The position numbers and the translations under genes are program-made. This document shows positions 14,164-26,530 of a stretch of DNA of 64,000 nucleotides, piece by piece (positions within the stretch are counted from its first letter, which is position 1; each line of letters opens with the position of its first letter). The notes under the pieces are model-generated. The model was not told where the DNA came from and did no database searches. It worked only from the letters and a program-made list of their open reading frames with translations. Source of the DNA: Azolla caroliniana (taxonomy: Eukaryota; Plantae; Polypodiophyta); NCBI GenBank assembly GCA_043228905.1, contig JBHGNT010000002.1:24738001-24802000 (forward strand). The letters are read 5' to 3'.

Positions 14164-14389
14164 AGGCCATCGCCTTAGATATAGGTAGCTTCTTACATTA
14201 AGTTAGGCCGCAAGGCATTGTAAGTAGGCTGATCTTCTTTTACTTGATCGGAGGTAGACTCCCCGATGTGTGTATAAGTCTCCTTGTAGACTCTCTATGT
14301 AATAATCCTTCCTAACTAATGGGAAAGTAGCTTCATTTTGGGAAAAAAAAAAAAAAACTTGTTTTCTTATTTCTACCTTGTCCTTCAAT

Positions 14390-14441
14390 CTTATCTATCT
14401 ATCTATCTAATCTATCTATCTACCTATATATATATATATAT
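14390..14441. repeat. (TATC)n + (TA)n microsatellite
   Basis: Read directly from the sequence. Confidence 0.85.
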
Positions 14442-14469
14442 AATTTAACGTGTTTCCTCATGTGCACTC

Positions 14470-16100
14470 ATCACATAATGACATCGTCAACAACTTCAAT
14501 CGAGTGTTGATGGAGCTCTCCTCACAATGGCGAAACTTCAAAAAAGAAGTGAAGGAACTTGCTCTCCAATCCCGCCTTCTACACAACTATAATGAACAAC
14601 GCGAACAAGATAATGCTTGATGAGGCCGTTAGACACATCCACTCGGAAGAGCTTTGAAGAAAATTAATGGGACTTACCTTGAGAAAAATATTGAGGCACA
14701 CTTCTCTAAGGAATCAATATTGAGAATTGGTGGAGATCAAGGTAGATCGAAAGGAAGGAGAGGCAAAAAATGATCAAGGTTGGATACAAGGTGCGAATCT
14801 GAGCTAGATAGCTAGTCATTAGCCAAGAAAATCTAAGGGAAGAAGGACAGTTGGAAAGCAGATTCTTCTAAACCAACTTGTTCAACAACAAGAAATGAGC
14901 CCAACCTCATCTTTGTGATACCATCGAATTTAGTCCTCTTGCTCAAAGAGTTTTTGACTTTTGAAATCTTATATAGTGCACAAGTTGCACAAATGTGGTT
15001 GCTTGACTCAAGCATCACCTTCCATGTGACTCCCAATCATGAATAGTTCTCGAACAAGCTCAGTTTGACTAGATTATGTGCAAGAGTGCAAGATCTTTGG
15101 AATTGAAAACATCTTAATTCAATTATCAAGCAGAAGCATGATCACCTAGCACCAAGTACAACATGTACCCAATCTAATGTGGTGTTTAATCTCAATCGAC
15201 ATGATGCCCGAAGGACGATACAAGATGATGTTGAGTGAGTCGTCATGGCGCATATCGAAAGGTAACATGCTTATCCTTCACTGTGTAAAGTACAACCACC
15301 TATCTCTGCTTACAGTAAATCAATCAAGAGAAGTCATTAAATGTAGCAGAGATGCTAAAACCAAAGTCAAAAGGCAACAAAGATTATTGACACTTGGCTA
15401 CATCTTGAATCTCCACCATATAGAATCTAACTTTTGACCATTGTCAATATGAGAACCAACCACGAGCACCACATTTAACTCATTACAACACAATATGAGG
15501 CCCCCTAGAGTTAGTCCAAAATGACATTAGTAGAATGATGCCTGGAAGGTCTCTAGGTGACGTGAGGTACTTCATCACATATGTAGATGATGGTACCCGA
15601 AAAGTTTGAACTTACCCAATTGAGTCCAAGGATGGGGCGTTGGAAAGGTTCACCTAGCATCTCATAGAGGTAGAACTTGAATGTGGTCACAAAGTGAAGA
15701 TGTGATGGTTAGGTAATGGAAGAGAATACACCTCTTAGGCATTCTTGATGCAGAGCAAATGCATTAAACAATCCTAGAGTGAGTGATTGCCATATTATAA
15801 TATGTTGTACTGTATATTTCATCAACTTATCACCATCAAATACCATCAAGTTGCAAGTGCCACAATCACTCTAGACTAGATAGAAACTAAAATACAATCA
15901 ACTTCGCACATTTGGGTGTGTAGCGTACATATTCATGTTGATCGAGAAAATACATCTTTCTTAGATACAGGATTGACTGGTAATTCAAGTACCGACTATG
16001 GTACTTAGAGCAACAACATAGTCTTCAATCAAAGCTCAATGAGCTCAACCCCGAGTACATCTATAATTGGGTAGAAGGGTCATTTTTTCCAAAAATGTTA
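14470..16100 (+). mobile_element. Old, heavily mutated Ty1/Copia internal remnant
   Basis: A protease-like WLLDSSITFHVTPNHE*F lies at about 14996-15050 and an integrase-like YFITYVDDGTRKV* at about 15568-15610. There are many stops and frameshifts. Confidence 0.65.
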
Positions 16101-16346
16101 ACACTAACCACTACATGATCCCTTTGAGAAAGGAGCAGAAACACAAAGGACAGAAATATCATCTCATGGTGTCATGATATGGCAAGCCCTAAAGGTAGAT
16201 AATGGAAAATGGTGGGGGGGGAGCAACCATATATGAAAAAGATATACTCAGTACAAGAGGTGTAGATTTCAAAGCTTTGCCATCATACATTAAGGATTTT
16301 TATTTTTTCTGCATTTTCGAAGCAAAAGGGGTTTATGGTTTAGTTC

Positions 16347-16775
16347 TGTTGAGATATCAAGCTCAACTAGTTTAATCTAGTTAGTCAACACATGTAACTT
16401 AGTAGTTACCTAGATCGAATCTAGTTAATGTGTTGACCTGAAGCCTTTAAATAGGACCTTGTACTTAAGTGGGATATTCTAGATTCTCCACTCCTTAGTA
16501 CATTTAATGTAGGACTTACACATAAGTACCTATGTTCTACCCACACATATGCACCCTTGCACATGGGTTGTATATATACCTCATTGTGGGTATTTTTGTA
16601 TGTTGATGACACTTTTCAATATAGTCAATCATCCCCCATTTATCTTTGTGTTCAAGTGTAACTTCCTCTCTCTCTCACACACTCTCACGCGCATATCATA
16701 CTAATCTTCCGCCGCTTAATGTAACCATATAATTAGTCTCTAATTAACCCTAGTTAATTACCTAATTACTTAACA
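16347..16775 (+). repeat. Copia 5' LTR
   Basis: tgttgagatatc...cttaaca; near-identical to 19972-20404. Confidence 0.95.
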
Positions 16776-16930
16776 TGGTATCATAGCGCGTGGTTTAGGA
16801 AATCCACTAAGCCCATCGCTTATTCGTGATTGTGTGTTCGAGACGCCGACAACAAATCCCGGCTATTCGCTATCCGCTACCGTAGTGCCACTACGAAAGA
16901 CATGTACGCGACCAAGAGAAGGAAAACAAA

Positions 16931-19650
16931 ATGGAAGACACAACAATCAACATGAACAAACAAATGGGAAGCTCGCTCCCTAGCGAAAAGCTAGACCGAA
17001 TCAACTATTCATCTTGGGAGTACAAGATGAATCAATACCTTATCGGCCAAGGGTATTGGAGCTACATCAACGGCGCACAAGAAAACAAACCCGAAACCAC
17101 ACACGCCAACTACCCAACGTGGGAGCAAGGAGCGAGTCGGGTAATGCATTGCTTGGCAACATTTGTAAACGACCACATGCTTAGCCACATTCGTGACGCC
17201 AAGACGCCCAAAGAGGTGTGGGAAAATCTCAAGAAGATTTTCGTCGCGGACACATCTGCGCGCAAGCTTCAACTCTGGCAAGAGTTGAACAACATATGAC
17301 AAAAAGAAATGTCCATGACGGACTACACCGCCAAGATCAAGAGCATTTGCGACTCTCTTGGCTCCATCAACGTCAACATCGACGAGGACGAGATGGTGCA
17401 AGTATGCTTGGGCGGCCTCACACAACGATTCAACCCGTTGAGAACGGCAATCTTGGTGAGAGATACCCCTCCCTCGTTCTTCAACCTCCAATCAATGCTA
17501 TTGGTCGAAGAAAACCACGTTCAACCAAAGACCAACACATCGGAAGGACAAATGCTCTTCTCTGATACGGATGGTGCCCATAGACGAGGTCGACGCGGAA
17601 GAGGTCAATTCGACCTATCCCACGAAGGGAATTCACAATTTCGGCAAGGAAACGAAAGCCATTGAGGAACCTTCACAAGAAGGGGGAGCTTCCACGCCGA
17701 ACAAGGTCGGCGAACGACGCCACCTACGTACAACTATTGCGGCAAAATCGGCCATCGCGAAGAGGAGTGCCGAAAAAGACAAAGCGAGTCGGCCTCAGCA
17801 AGCCGGCAACTCACAAATTACGCCGTGAACGCGGATTACGCGGACTACGGCGGACTCTTCGTGATGAGGCATAGAGCGAACTCTATGATGGCCTCCGATC
17901 CCGCAAACTCCGCAAGCACCTCCAACTCCGAACATGCATGGTTCGTAGACTCCGGCGCCTTGCACCACATGACGTCGCACCAAGAGTGGTTTCGCGACTT
18001 GCGAACGCCGGATCGACCCAGCTACATAGAGATCGGAGACGACACTCTGCATCCCATTCGGCACATCGGCGATGTCCCATTCGGGAAAGAAGGCGAGCAA
18101 ACTTGCATCAAGAATGTCTTGCACATGCCCACAATAACAAAGAATTTGGTCTCGGTCGGCCAAATCGTGGAGCAAGGCATGCAAGTCCACTTCAACACTG
18201 AAGGTTGCTTCATCGAGAAAGACGGCCTACTCATAGCCAAGGGACGGAGAGACGGTCGCTTGTTCATCCTCGACTCAAACAAGGTAAAATCGGCCATGTA
18301 CGCCAAAGGTCTCAAGACCGAGATAAACATCGAGTTGTGGCACAAGCGAATCGGCCACGTAAACCTCCAACGGCTTCACGGAATGCAATCAAAGGGAGTC
18401 GTAATCGGACTTCCGACCTTTGAATCGAAACGAGTCGACTGAGTGTGTGAAGCATGCCAACTCGGCAAACAACATTGACTCCCATTCCCGAAGGAGACCT
18501 CCGCAAGCAAAGGCCTCCTTGACAGAATCCACTCGGATGTATGGGGACCGGCTCAAACGCCGATGCTCGGCGGATGCCGCTACTACGTCACCTTCATCGA
18601 CGACCACTCGCGCTACGCGTGGATATACCCGATGAAGAAGAAGAGTGAAGTGCTCTCCCACTTTCAAAGGCTCAAAAGCCAAGTGGAGAAAGAAACCGGT
18701 TGGCACATTTGATGCCTACGATCGGACGGAGGAAAGGAGTACTTCTTCGACGAGTTCACCTCCTACCTCCAAGGTGAAGGCATTCGTAGAGAATTCTCAT
18801 GCTGACACACTCCCCAACAAAACGGAGTAGCCGAGAGAAAGAATCGGCAAATACTCGAGGTAGCACGCGCCATGATGCATGAGAAGCACATGCCGAACTT
18901 CTATTGGGCGGAAGCGGCATCCACGGCCGTCTATCTCATGAATAGATGCACCACAAATAGCGTGCACTAGCTTACTCCATACGAGATCTTTGTTGGAAGG
19001 AAGCCCATCCTCTCGCACCTCAAGGTGTTCGGAAGCATTGCGAATGTACACATCCCGAACGAAAGTCGAGAGAAGCCCGACGCGAAGTCGGAAGAATGTA
19101 TCCTCATAGGATACTTGTCCGCGAAAAAGGCGTACAAATGGTTCAACCCTTCGACCCGAGCGGTGCGGATAAGTCGCGACGTCGTTTTCGACGAATCAGC
19201 ATCTTGGTATAAGCCCGATGCGACTCCATCCGACCTGAACGAGGAAGAGTTGAACGCCAACTCGGACGACGAAACTCGGCCAAGTCCTCCACCGAAGGAC
19301 AATCCAAGCTCTACCGAGCTAATTGGCCCACAAGAGCCTCCACGTGATGAAAACACGTCGCGGCCAAGTCCGACCTCGGACAAAGGCAAAGGTAAGATGC
19401 CCGAATACGAAGTCGAGGTCCACCCCAATGACCGTGATTCGGATGGTTCGGCTCGCTCACTAGACAGTGAGTTCGGTGTACCCATCATGAGGACACCCGG
19501 AGTAAAGAAGGCACTCACATCGACAAACGAGAAACTCCGCTGCTCATCACGAGCGAAGACCCAAGTCAATCGTTACGCCTACAACGAGTATATGGCCCAT
19601 CACTATGCCCTCACGATGAAGGTAGTGGCCGAACAAGAGCCCGAGGATCC
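16931..19650 (+). pseudogene. Copia gag-protease-integrase, disrupted by stops and frameshifts; RT/RH absent
   Basis: Gag EKLDRINYSSW with a CNYCGKIGHREEEC knuckle; protease WFVDSGA; LWHKRIGH..CEACQLGK; integrase HSDVWGP, FIDD, NGVAERKNR; ISRDVVFDE. Confidence 0.9.
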
Positions 19651-19684
19651 AAGCCTTCGTCACAGGCTTGAGGGGGAGAACAAC

Positions 19685-19900
19685 GCTGCGCAACAAAGCC
19701 GTGGAGAGACGCGCAACAAAGCCGCGAAGAAAGCCGCGAAGAAAGCCACCGTGGAGAACTGCGCAACGAAGCCACGAAGACGCGAAGAAAGCCACGCAAT
19801 GCCACGCAACAAAGCCGCGGAGAGCCACGCAACGCCGCGCAACAAAGTTGCAGAGAGCCGCGCAACAAAGCCGTGAAGACGCGAAGAAAGCCGCAAGCCA
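19685..19900 (+). repeat. GC-rich degenerate tandem repeats in the Copia 3' UTR
   Basis: Recurring units gcgcaacaaagccgcggagagccac and gaagacgcgaagaaagcc. Confidence 0.8.
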
Positions 19901-19971
19901 CACCGACGCCGACGAAGCTGAAGGAAGCTAAACCAGACGTTGGATGCCTCACACTTGAGCTTGAGGGGGCG

Positions 19972-20404
19972 TGTTGAGATATCAAGCTCAACTAGTTTAA
20001 TCTAGTTAGTCAACACATGTAACTTAGTAGTTACCTAGATCGAATCTAGTTAATGTGTTGACCTGAAGCCTTTAAATAGGACCTTGTACTTAAGTGGGAT
20101 ATTCTAGATCCTCCACTCCTTAGTACATTTAATGTAGGACTTACACATAAGTACCTATGTTCTACCCACACATGTGCACCCTTGCACATGGGTTGTATAT
20201 ATACCTCATTGTGGGTATTTTTGTATGTTGATGACACTTTTCAATATAGTCAATCATCCCCCATTTATCTTTGTGTTCAAGTGTAACTTCCTCTCTCTCT
20301 CTCTCATACACTCTCACGCGCATATCATACTAATCTTCCGCTGTTTAACGTAACCATATAATTAGTCTCTAATTAACCCTAGTTAATTATCTAATTACTT
20401 AACA
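19972..20404 (+). repeat. Copia 3' LTR
   Basis: Matches the 5' LTR with about 7 substitutions and a 4-bp (TC) indel by eye. Confidence 0.95.
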
Positions 20405-20554
20405 AGTTCTATATACGAGGACATTTTGGTCTTAATCTCATGTACTTGTGTTAATCAAGTGTATTAAGCCTAAACCCATGTGCTAATCGTTCCCAAACGT
20501 TCATGGAAGATAGAGGAAGAGGATAAGAAAGAAGGGAAGTCGTGAAGGCCGAAT

Positions 20555-20670
20555 CTTCGCCTCCTCGGAACATTCGGCCCAAGCGTTCACCAAGTCCTTA
20601 GAACCGCTGCGTCCTAGGAATGTTCGCCTCCTTGGAACGTTCGCCCCCTCGAGCATTCACATCCTAGGAA
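20555..20670. repeat. Degenerate ~18-bp tandem repeat (cctcggaacgttcgcc-like) in an older, unresolved element
   Basis: Units: cctcctcggaacattcgg, tcctaggaatgttcgcc, tccttggaacgttcgcc, cctcgagcattcaca. Confidence 0.5.
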
Positions 20671-21299
20671 GGTTTGGTTTTTTAGGATTGATCATATAAA
20701 ACATATTCACACAAAAAGAGATCTAAATGTGGTGTTGTGAAGTGGCGTGCCCAAAGGTGGAAAACGTAGGAAAAAGTATTTAAAGCAAAGGAGTCACAGA
20801 TATTTGATATCTATTTATAAAAATAACATAGTTAAAACCATTTACCTTGTACTATGGGTGCAAAGTTCGAATCTTTGTAATGTAACGTGAATTAAGGAGT
20901 ACTCATCCTTTTTCTTTTCCAAAGCAAAAATAGGAATAATTGCATTTAGTGCAAAATTTGAGGTGCTTCTCTCCCTATAAAAGGAAGGGACGAGGGCTCA
21001 TTTTGGCTCTCGCGGATTTTGTCTTCTCGAATTTCTCTTTGGCAATTTTGGGGCTTCTAGGTTTTTCTTTTTTGTCCTCGACTCTTTTTTCTTTAGGGTT
21101 TCGATGGAGAAGGAGCTCCCCATTTTGATGTTCCTCTTTCATCATTTTGGAGCTCAAACTCAGGTTTGTGAGTGAAGGTATACTTTTGTCTTGGTTTTTC
21201 CTTCTTGACCTTCTCTTCTACTTAGGTGGTCATCGTGGAATTTGTCATCACCAAGCTCGTTATGCGTGGGAGACTTTGTGATGAGATTCACCTAGCTAC

Positions 21300-21723
21300 T
21301 GTCAGGAATAGTACTAAAGCAGAGATGGAATTAGTACTAAGAAGAGTAGTACTATTAGTACTAAGAGGACGGGACTACGTAAGATTCCCGAGAGAGAGGA
21401 AGTGAGAAGAGGAGAGAGAGAGATAGGATGATGACAACAGCTCTTATATTATATGAAAGATAAGTACAAATCGGCTAAGAGGCTTAAGACTGGTGTTGAA
21501 CCAATTTGGTTCAAAACAATGCCTTGTGCCTCCTTTTATAGTGTTTTTAGGAATAATCCTGAAGCTTCTAGAATGTTCCAGAGAGATCTGGAATATACAT
21601 TAATTTTCTATGATAAACAATAAATGAAAATAATATCCTACAAATTACAATTCATAGTCTAATGGTAAGAGCTCGACCCATGTAACATAAGGTCATGGGT
21701 TCGAGTCTTGCCACATCATGACA
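21300..21723 (-). repeat. Chromovirus 3' LTR
   Basis: Near-identical to 26531-26954. Confidence 0.95.
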
Positions 21724-21734
21724 CTATCTACCCC

Positions 21735-24700
21735 TTAAAGACGACGAGTGGAACGAGTCAGTGCTAATTGCGGACCGGGTTTGTCCGGATACTTTCGGTG
21801 AAAATCAACAAGAAGATCCTGTGCATTGGCAACATGCTCGACGGGTTCCCAAGTATGTTCGCTCGGACTATAACCGAGCCAATCGACCAAGTAATAAAGT
21901 TTGTTGCGAACAAGTTTGGAATCGAGGATGACAACAACTTCATACTCCGGGCCGGCATCCAACTCCAGCGGGGGCGGCGGTGGTGTCACACGATCGGGAA
22001 TGGTGTTTTCTTTATAAGGTTCAAGAAGAGAACAATGGAAAACTGGATGTATCTGAAGCTGCGGAGGGAGATCAAGGCGGAAGGTGACATCATTAGTCTT
22101 ACCCGTAATACGGAAGGGACCGAGTCGTCGATAATCCAACTTGTTGCACGGTCAAGTAGTCTTGATGTGATGACGTAAGAGCCATACTCGATCTCCGATG
22201 GCAAAAGAGGAGGGAATCCGATGACGATCCGCATAAGTCTTCTGTGTGTGTTGAGCATGACGAAGGTGAGTAGAGAGATCCATCTGGATCTTGCATAGCC
22301 TCTCCAAATGATCCTCGGCACGAGGGTTGGTAGGTAGCTCCGGAGTGTCGATCACCGACCAGCGAGGATGGAAACCGGTATAAGCGAAAAATGGGGAGAC
22401 CCGAGTCGAGGAGTGAATAGCATTATTATACGCAAACTCTGCAAAGTGGAGAATCTCGGCCCAATCGTCCTGTTGATAACTCAGGAAGCACCGGAGATAT
22501 TGCTCTAGCGTTTGGTTTGTTCGTTCCGCCTGCCCGTCGATCTGAGGATGGTAGCCGGAGGAGAGGTTGCAGGAGACCTTGAGCATCTTGAAGAGATGCT
22601 GCCAAAATTTGGAGACAAATTGCAGGCCTCGGTCACTGATAATACTGTATGGGAGGCCATGATGCCGAAATACCTCACGCATAACAAGAGCGGCGGTTTC
22701 CTCGCTAGTGATGGCTTTAGTACACGGCAAAAAATGTGCCATCTTCGTATATCGATCGACGACGGTTAGGATAGCATCGAACCCCTTCGAGACCGGCAGA
22801 TCTGTGATAAAATCAAGACAAATAGACTGCCACGGCTTACTTGGAATCGGTAAGGGTTCCAACAAGCCATATGGATGGTGTCGTGGCATCTTTGCTCGGC
22901 AGCAAGCATCACAGGTCCGAACGTAGTCGTCGACAAAATGGTGCATGTGGGGCTACCAAAAAGATCGCTGCACTAGCTCCAACGTCTTAGTACTACCGAA
23001 ATGTCCCGCCATATGGGTGTCGTGACAATGTTGGACGATTTGAAGGCGACAGGAGCAATCGGGGACATATACGCGCTTTTTAAAGAATAACAAACCATCA
23101 TGATATTCGAATTGTCGGTAGTCAATACCTGGTTGTTGAGACTGAGAACAGGATGCCCGAGAAGTATCAATGTGCGCTAGGATGTCTTGAGCAAAACTAT
23201 CCGTCTTCAAGGTTGCACGTATGTCATCGGTAATCCGTGAATCCATCGGGGTGTGAAAAATCCGCGTCGTGTGCAATTGTGTTGGTCCCAATATTACTTG
23301 CTTTTGATTATCAAATGTTGCGTCACCAGGCCGAGGTGCAAGATATGAACGCCGTGATAGTGCATCTTCTTTTCCTTGCTGCTTCCCCAGTCGATATGTG
23401 ATTTTGAAGTCGAAACGCGTGAGGAATTGCGCCCACCGAGCTTGCCGTCGATTTAGTACGCGAGCGTTCTGAAAATAAGCAAGATTTTTTTGATCGCTAA
23501 AGACAATGACCTGATGTGGAGAGCCCTCTAAGAAATGCCGCCATTGTACAAATGAATCCACGATGGCTAATAACTCCTTGTCATGTATTTCGTAGTTGAT
23601 TTCTGTGACATCGAATTTGCGTGAATGGAAAGCCACCGGATGCAACTCTTCTTTATCGCCTTGTTGAGAAAGGATGCTACCGAGGGTGAAATCTGATGTG
23701 TTGGCCTCCATGATGAATGGTTTGCTTGTATCCACATGAGCTAGAATCGGTGCTGATGTAAAGGCTTGCTTAAGATGCCGAAAAGCCATATCTGCTTCTA
23801 TGGACCAAAGAAATGCTTGGCCCTTCTTCGTAAGTTGTGTGAGAGGTAAAATAATCTTCCAGTAATCCTGTATAAACTTACGGTAGAAGTTAGCAAAACC
23901 TAGAGAACATTGTACATCTCGTACCAACCGTGGAATTTGCCACTCTAGTACAGTTTGGATTTTAGCTGGATCCATGGCGATGCCCTTTGAGGAGATGACG
24001 TAGCCTAGAAATTCCACTTGCTTGCAGTCAAAGCTACATTTTTCTAGCTTGGCATAAAGACCATTCTCGCGGAGTTGCTTTAGTACTAATAGTACATGAG
24101 AATCGTGCTCTTCCTGGGTCTTCGAATAAATCAATAGATCATCCAGATAAATGATCAAACAGATATCCAAGAGGTCTCTGAATATATCATTTGCCATGTG
24201 TTGGAAGACTGCGGGTGCATTGGTTAGGCCAAATGGCATAACAGTATACTCGAAATGCCCATACCGCGTGTGAAAGGCGGTCTTCCACTCATCTCCCGGT
24301 CGGATCCGCACGAGGTTATACGCTCCTCATAGGTCGATTTTAGTAAAAAACTTGGCACGATTAACTCGCTCTAAAAGACTTGATATAAGAGGAAGTGCAT
24401 ACCTATTCCGGATGGTGACTTTATTCAATCCGCGGTAATCAACGACAAGACGAAGTGAGCCATCTTTCTTCTTGACAAAGAAGATGGGTGCACCGGCCGG
24501 AGATTTCGAATGGCTGATGAACCCGCTTGCCAAGTTCTCCTCTATGTAGGCTTGAAGGACTTCTAACTCGGTGGGTGACAAGTTGTAAATCGGTCCCCAT
24601 GGTGGCTCGGTTCCTGGTTGTAAATCGATGTGACAGTCATAGGGACGGTGATGAGGAAGGGTACCGGCTTTTACCTTGTCAAATACATCGGCATAAGGGG

Positions 24701-26456
24701 ATGATATTTTGCTGGAAGTTGTACTGAGGAGTCCTTCTTAATAGTGTTGGAAGGATGTACTGATATTGCAAATAGGAACATTGCCTCCTTGGGTCCTTCT
24801 TCGCGTAGTTGATGGAGTGAAATGGTCGAAACTTGGTGAGTTGATTCTTGGGGTGGTCGACATCAGACTTCTCTTGTTCTCCAATCTATGGCTGGATTCT
24901 CTTGTTCTCCAATCCTAGGACAATGGGATGCTCTGGACTACTAATTATATTAAATGATATTACACACACAAAACTACCTAGGACAACTTGAATGGGTTCT
25001 GATTCTTCTACAATATTCCCGGAAGCAATGGGACGACCATCAATGACTACTACAGATGCGGGACAAGGAAGTTTTCTTAAGGATATCTGAGAAGCTTGGG
25101 CAAAATTTCGATCCATGAAACAAGAATTAGCTCCGGAATCTAAAAGTGCTAGGACGGGTACTGGGGGAGTACTTTTAGTACTAACAATGACTTGGGCTAG
25201 GAACACATTGCTAACTTGCTTGGAAGGAATGGAACCACTAATGGGCTGTACAGATCTAGGGCTGCTGTCCAACCAAACGGCTCCTATTTTGGCTGGACTC
25301 AATCGTTTAACTCTTCATCTAATTGACTAAGGATTTCAAATTTATTTGAGATACTTGGGCTATTAGTACTATGAATACTATCAAACACTCTATTAGTACT
25401 ATTAATACTATCAGACACTCCTAAGGGAAGAATTGACTCGGGTTTAGTACAGGCTACAATTTGATTTACCTGTCTTCTTGGCCTATGGGGACAATTGATT
25501 GCGATATGCCCTGGTCCACCGCAATAAAGACATAATCGATTTGCACGTCATCGTTGCTTTTCTTCTTTCGATAATGGGTCGCGTCGATGCATGGTATCGA
25601 TCTCCATCGGTGTCGAAGTATTTGCTTGAGGTATGTCTCGTGCAAACGGTCTAGCCGCGACTGCGGCGTAAGTGGGCTCTGGCCTAGCACGTGGTATCTA
25701 TAATTGACGTTCCGAACACCGTTCGAAGAGGCGGTTGTCACATCGGACCGCTCGACTGATTGCCTCCGTAAGAGACTTTGGTTCTTCGGGGAAGGTTAGA
25801 AGTAGATCTTTGACATCATTTCGCAGGCCATAGCGAAACTGCTCCATTAGTGCTTGATCATCCCAGGGTATGTCGGAAACGAGTAGGCGGAAATCCGCCG
25901 CGTAGGCAGAGGCTGGACGATCGCCTTGACGCAATCGCTGGATCTTGTTGATCGCCATCCTGATGCTGTCGGTGTCTCCAAAGTAGGCTTTGAACTCACT
26001 AATAAAATCTTCAAAGTTATTAAGCAAGGGCGATTGTTTTTCTAGAAGCGGAGCAAACCATGCTAAGGCTGAGCCGCTAAGCAACATGCCTATTAAGCCG
26101 ACTCGGGATGCATCAGTGGGGTATCGAGAAGGATGCATTTGGAGGACTAATCGTACCTGATTAAGGAATCCCCTGAATTGCGATCACGTTCCATCAAATT
26201 TCACAGGAAGTCCAATCTTCGGCTCTTTATGAAATCCTTGGGGACTTGATCCTTGTTGTTGCAATGCTGCTTCGAGTTGTTGCACCCGTAACGCTAACTC
26301 CCCATGCTGTTGCTGCGTTTGTTGCTTTTCTAGAGCGATTTGTTGCAAATCCCCTATCAGCCGTTGGTTTTCTTGTTCCAGGGCAACAAACTTTTCTTTT
26401 AGGCACTGTAACTCGGAGAAAACGGATTGATATTCTTGGGCGCTAATAGTAGCCAT
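21735..26456 (-). pseudogene. Chromovirus gag-pol with several stops and frameshifts
   Basis: Gag EPKIGLPVKFDG and RLCLYCGGPGHIAINC; protease ALLDSGA; [21 protein letters not shown] and IYLDD; RH NYEIHDKELLAI; integrase GHFG..CDAC, SDRG; chromodomain EYEV..YYLVDWLGYSPSEHTWEP. Confidence 0.92.
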
Positions 26457-26516
26457 AGTAGAGGGAAAAGGGTAGGAGGATGAGGGAGAACGACAAGTAG
26501 GCTGGAGGAAAGAGGA

Positions 26517-26528
26517 AAATTGGTTCAA
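26517..26528 (-). promoter_or_regulatory. Putative self-priming PBS (non-tRNA)
   Basis: The minus strand reads gtTTGAACCAATTT with no TGG start. It is complementary to AAATTGGTTCAA in the LTR (26738-26727). Confidence 0.7.
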
Positions 26529-26530
26529 AC

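Larger units (their letters stand above)
8052..14355 (+). mobile_element. Full-length L1-clade LINE
   Basis: The TSD aacttgttttcttatt lies at 8036-8051 and 14356-14371. There is a poly(A) at 14343-14357, a 5' UTR, ORF1 and ORF2. Confidence 0.95.
16347..20404 (+). mobile_element. Ty1/Copia LTR retrotransposon lacking RT/RNase H
   Basis: TG..CA LTRs at 16347-16775 and 19972-20404, with a 5-bp TSD agttc (16342-16346 / 20405-20409). The PBS tggtatcatagc at 16776-16787 is tRNA-iMet type with 1 mismatch. The PPT is at 19961-19971. Confidence 0.95.

Noticed and set aside
19685-19900. CRISPR-like array (also 20555-20670)
   Set aside because: The units are degenerate and adjacent with no unique spacers, there are no cas genes, and the context is a eukaryotic transposon.
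21652-21718. A genuine tRNA gene
   Set aside because: No convincing acceptor or anticodon stems by eye; kept only as an A/B-box-like finding.
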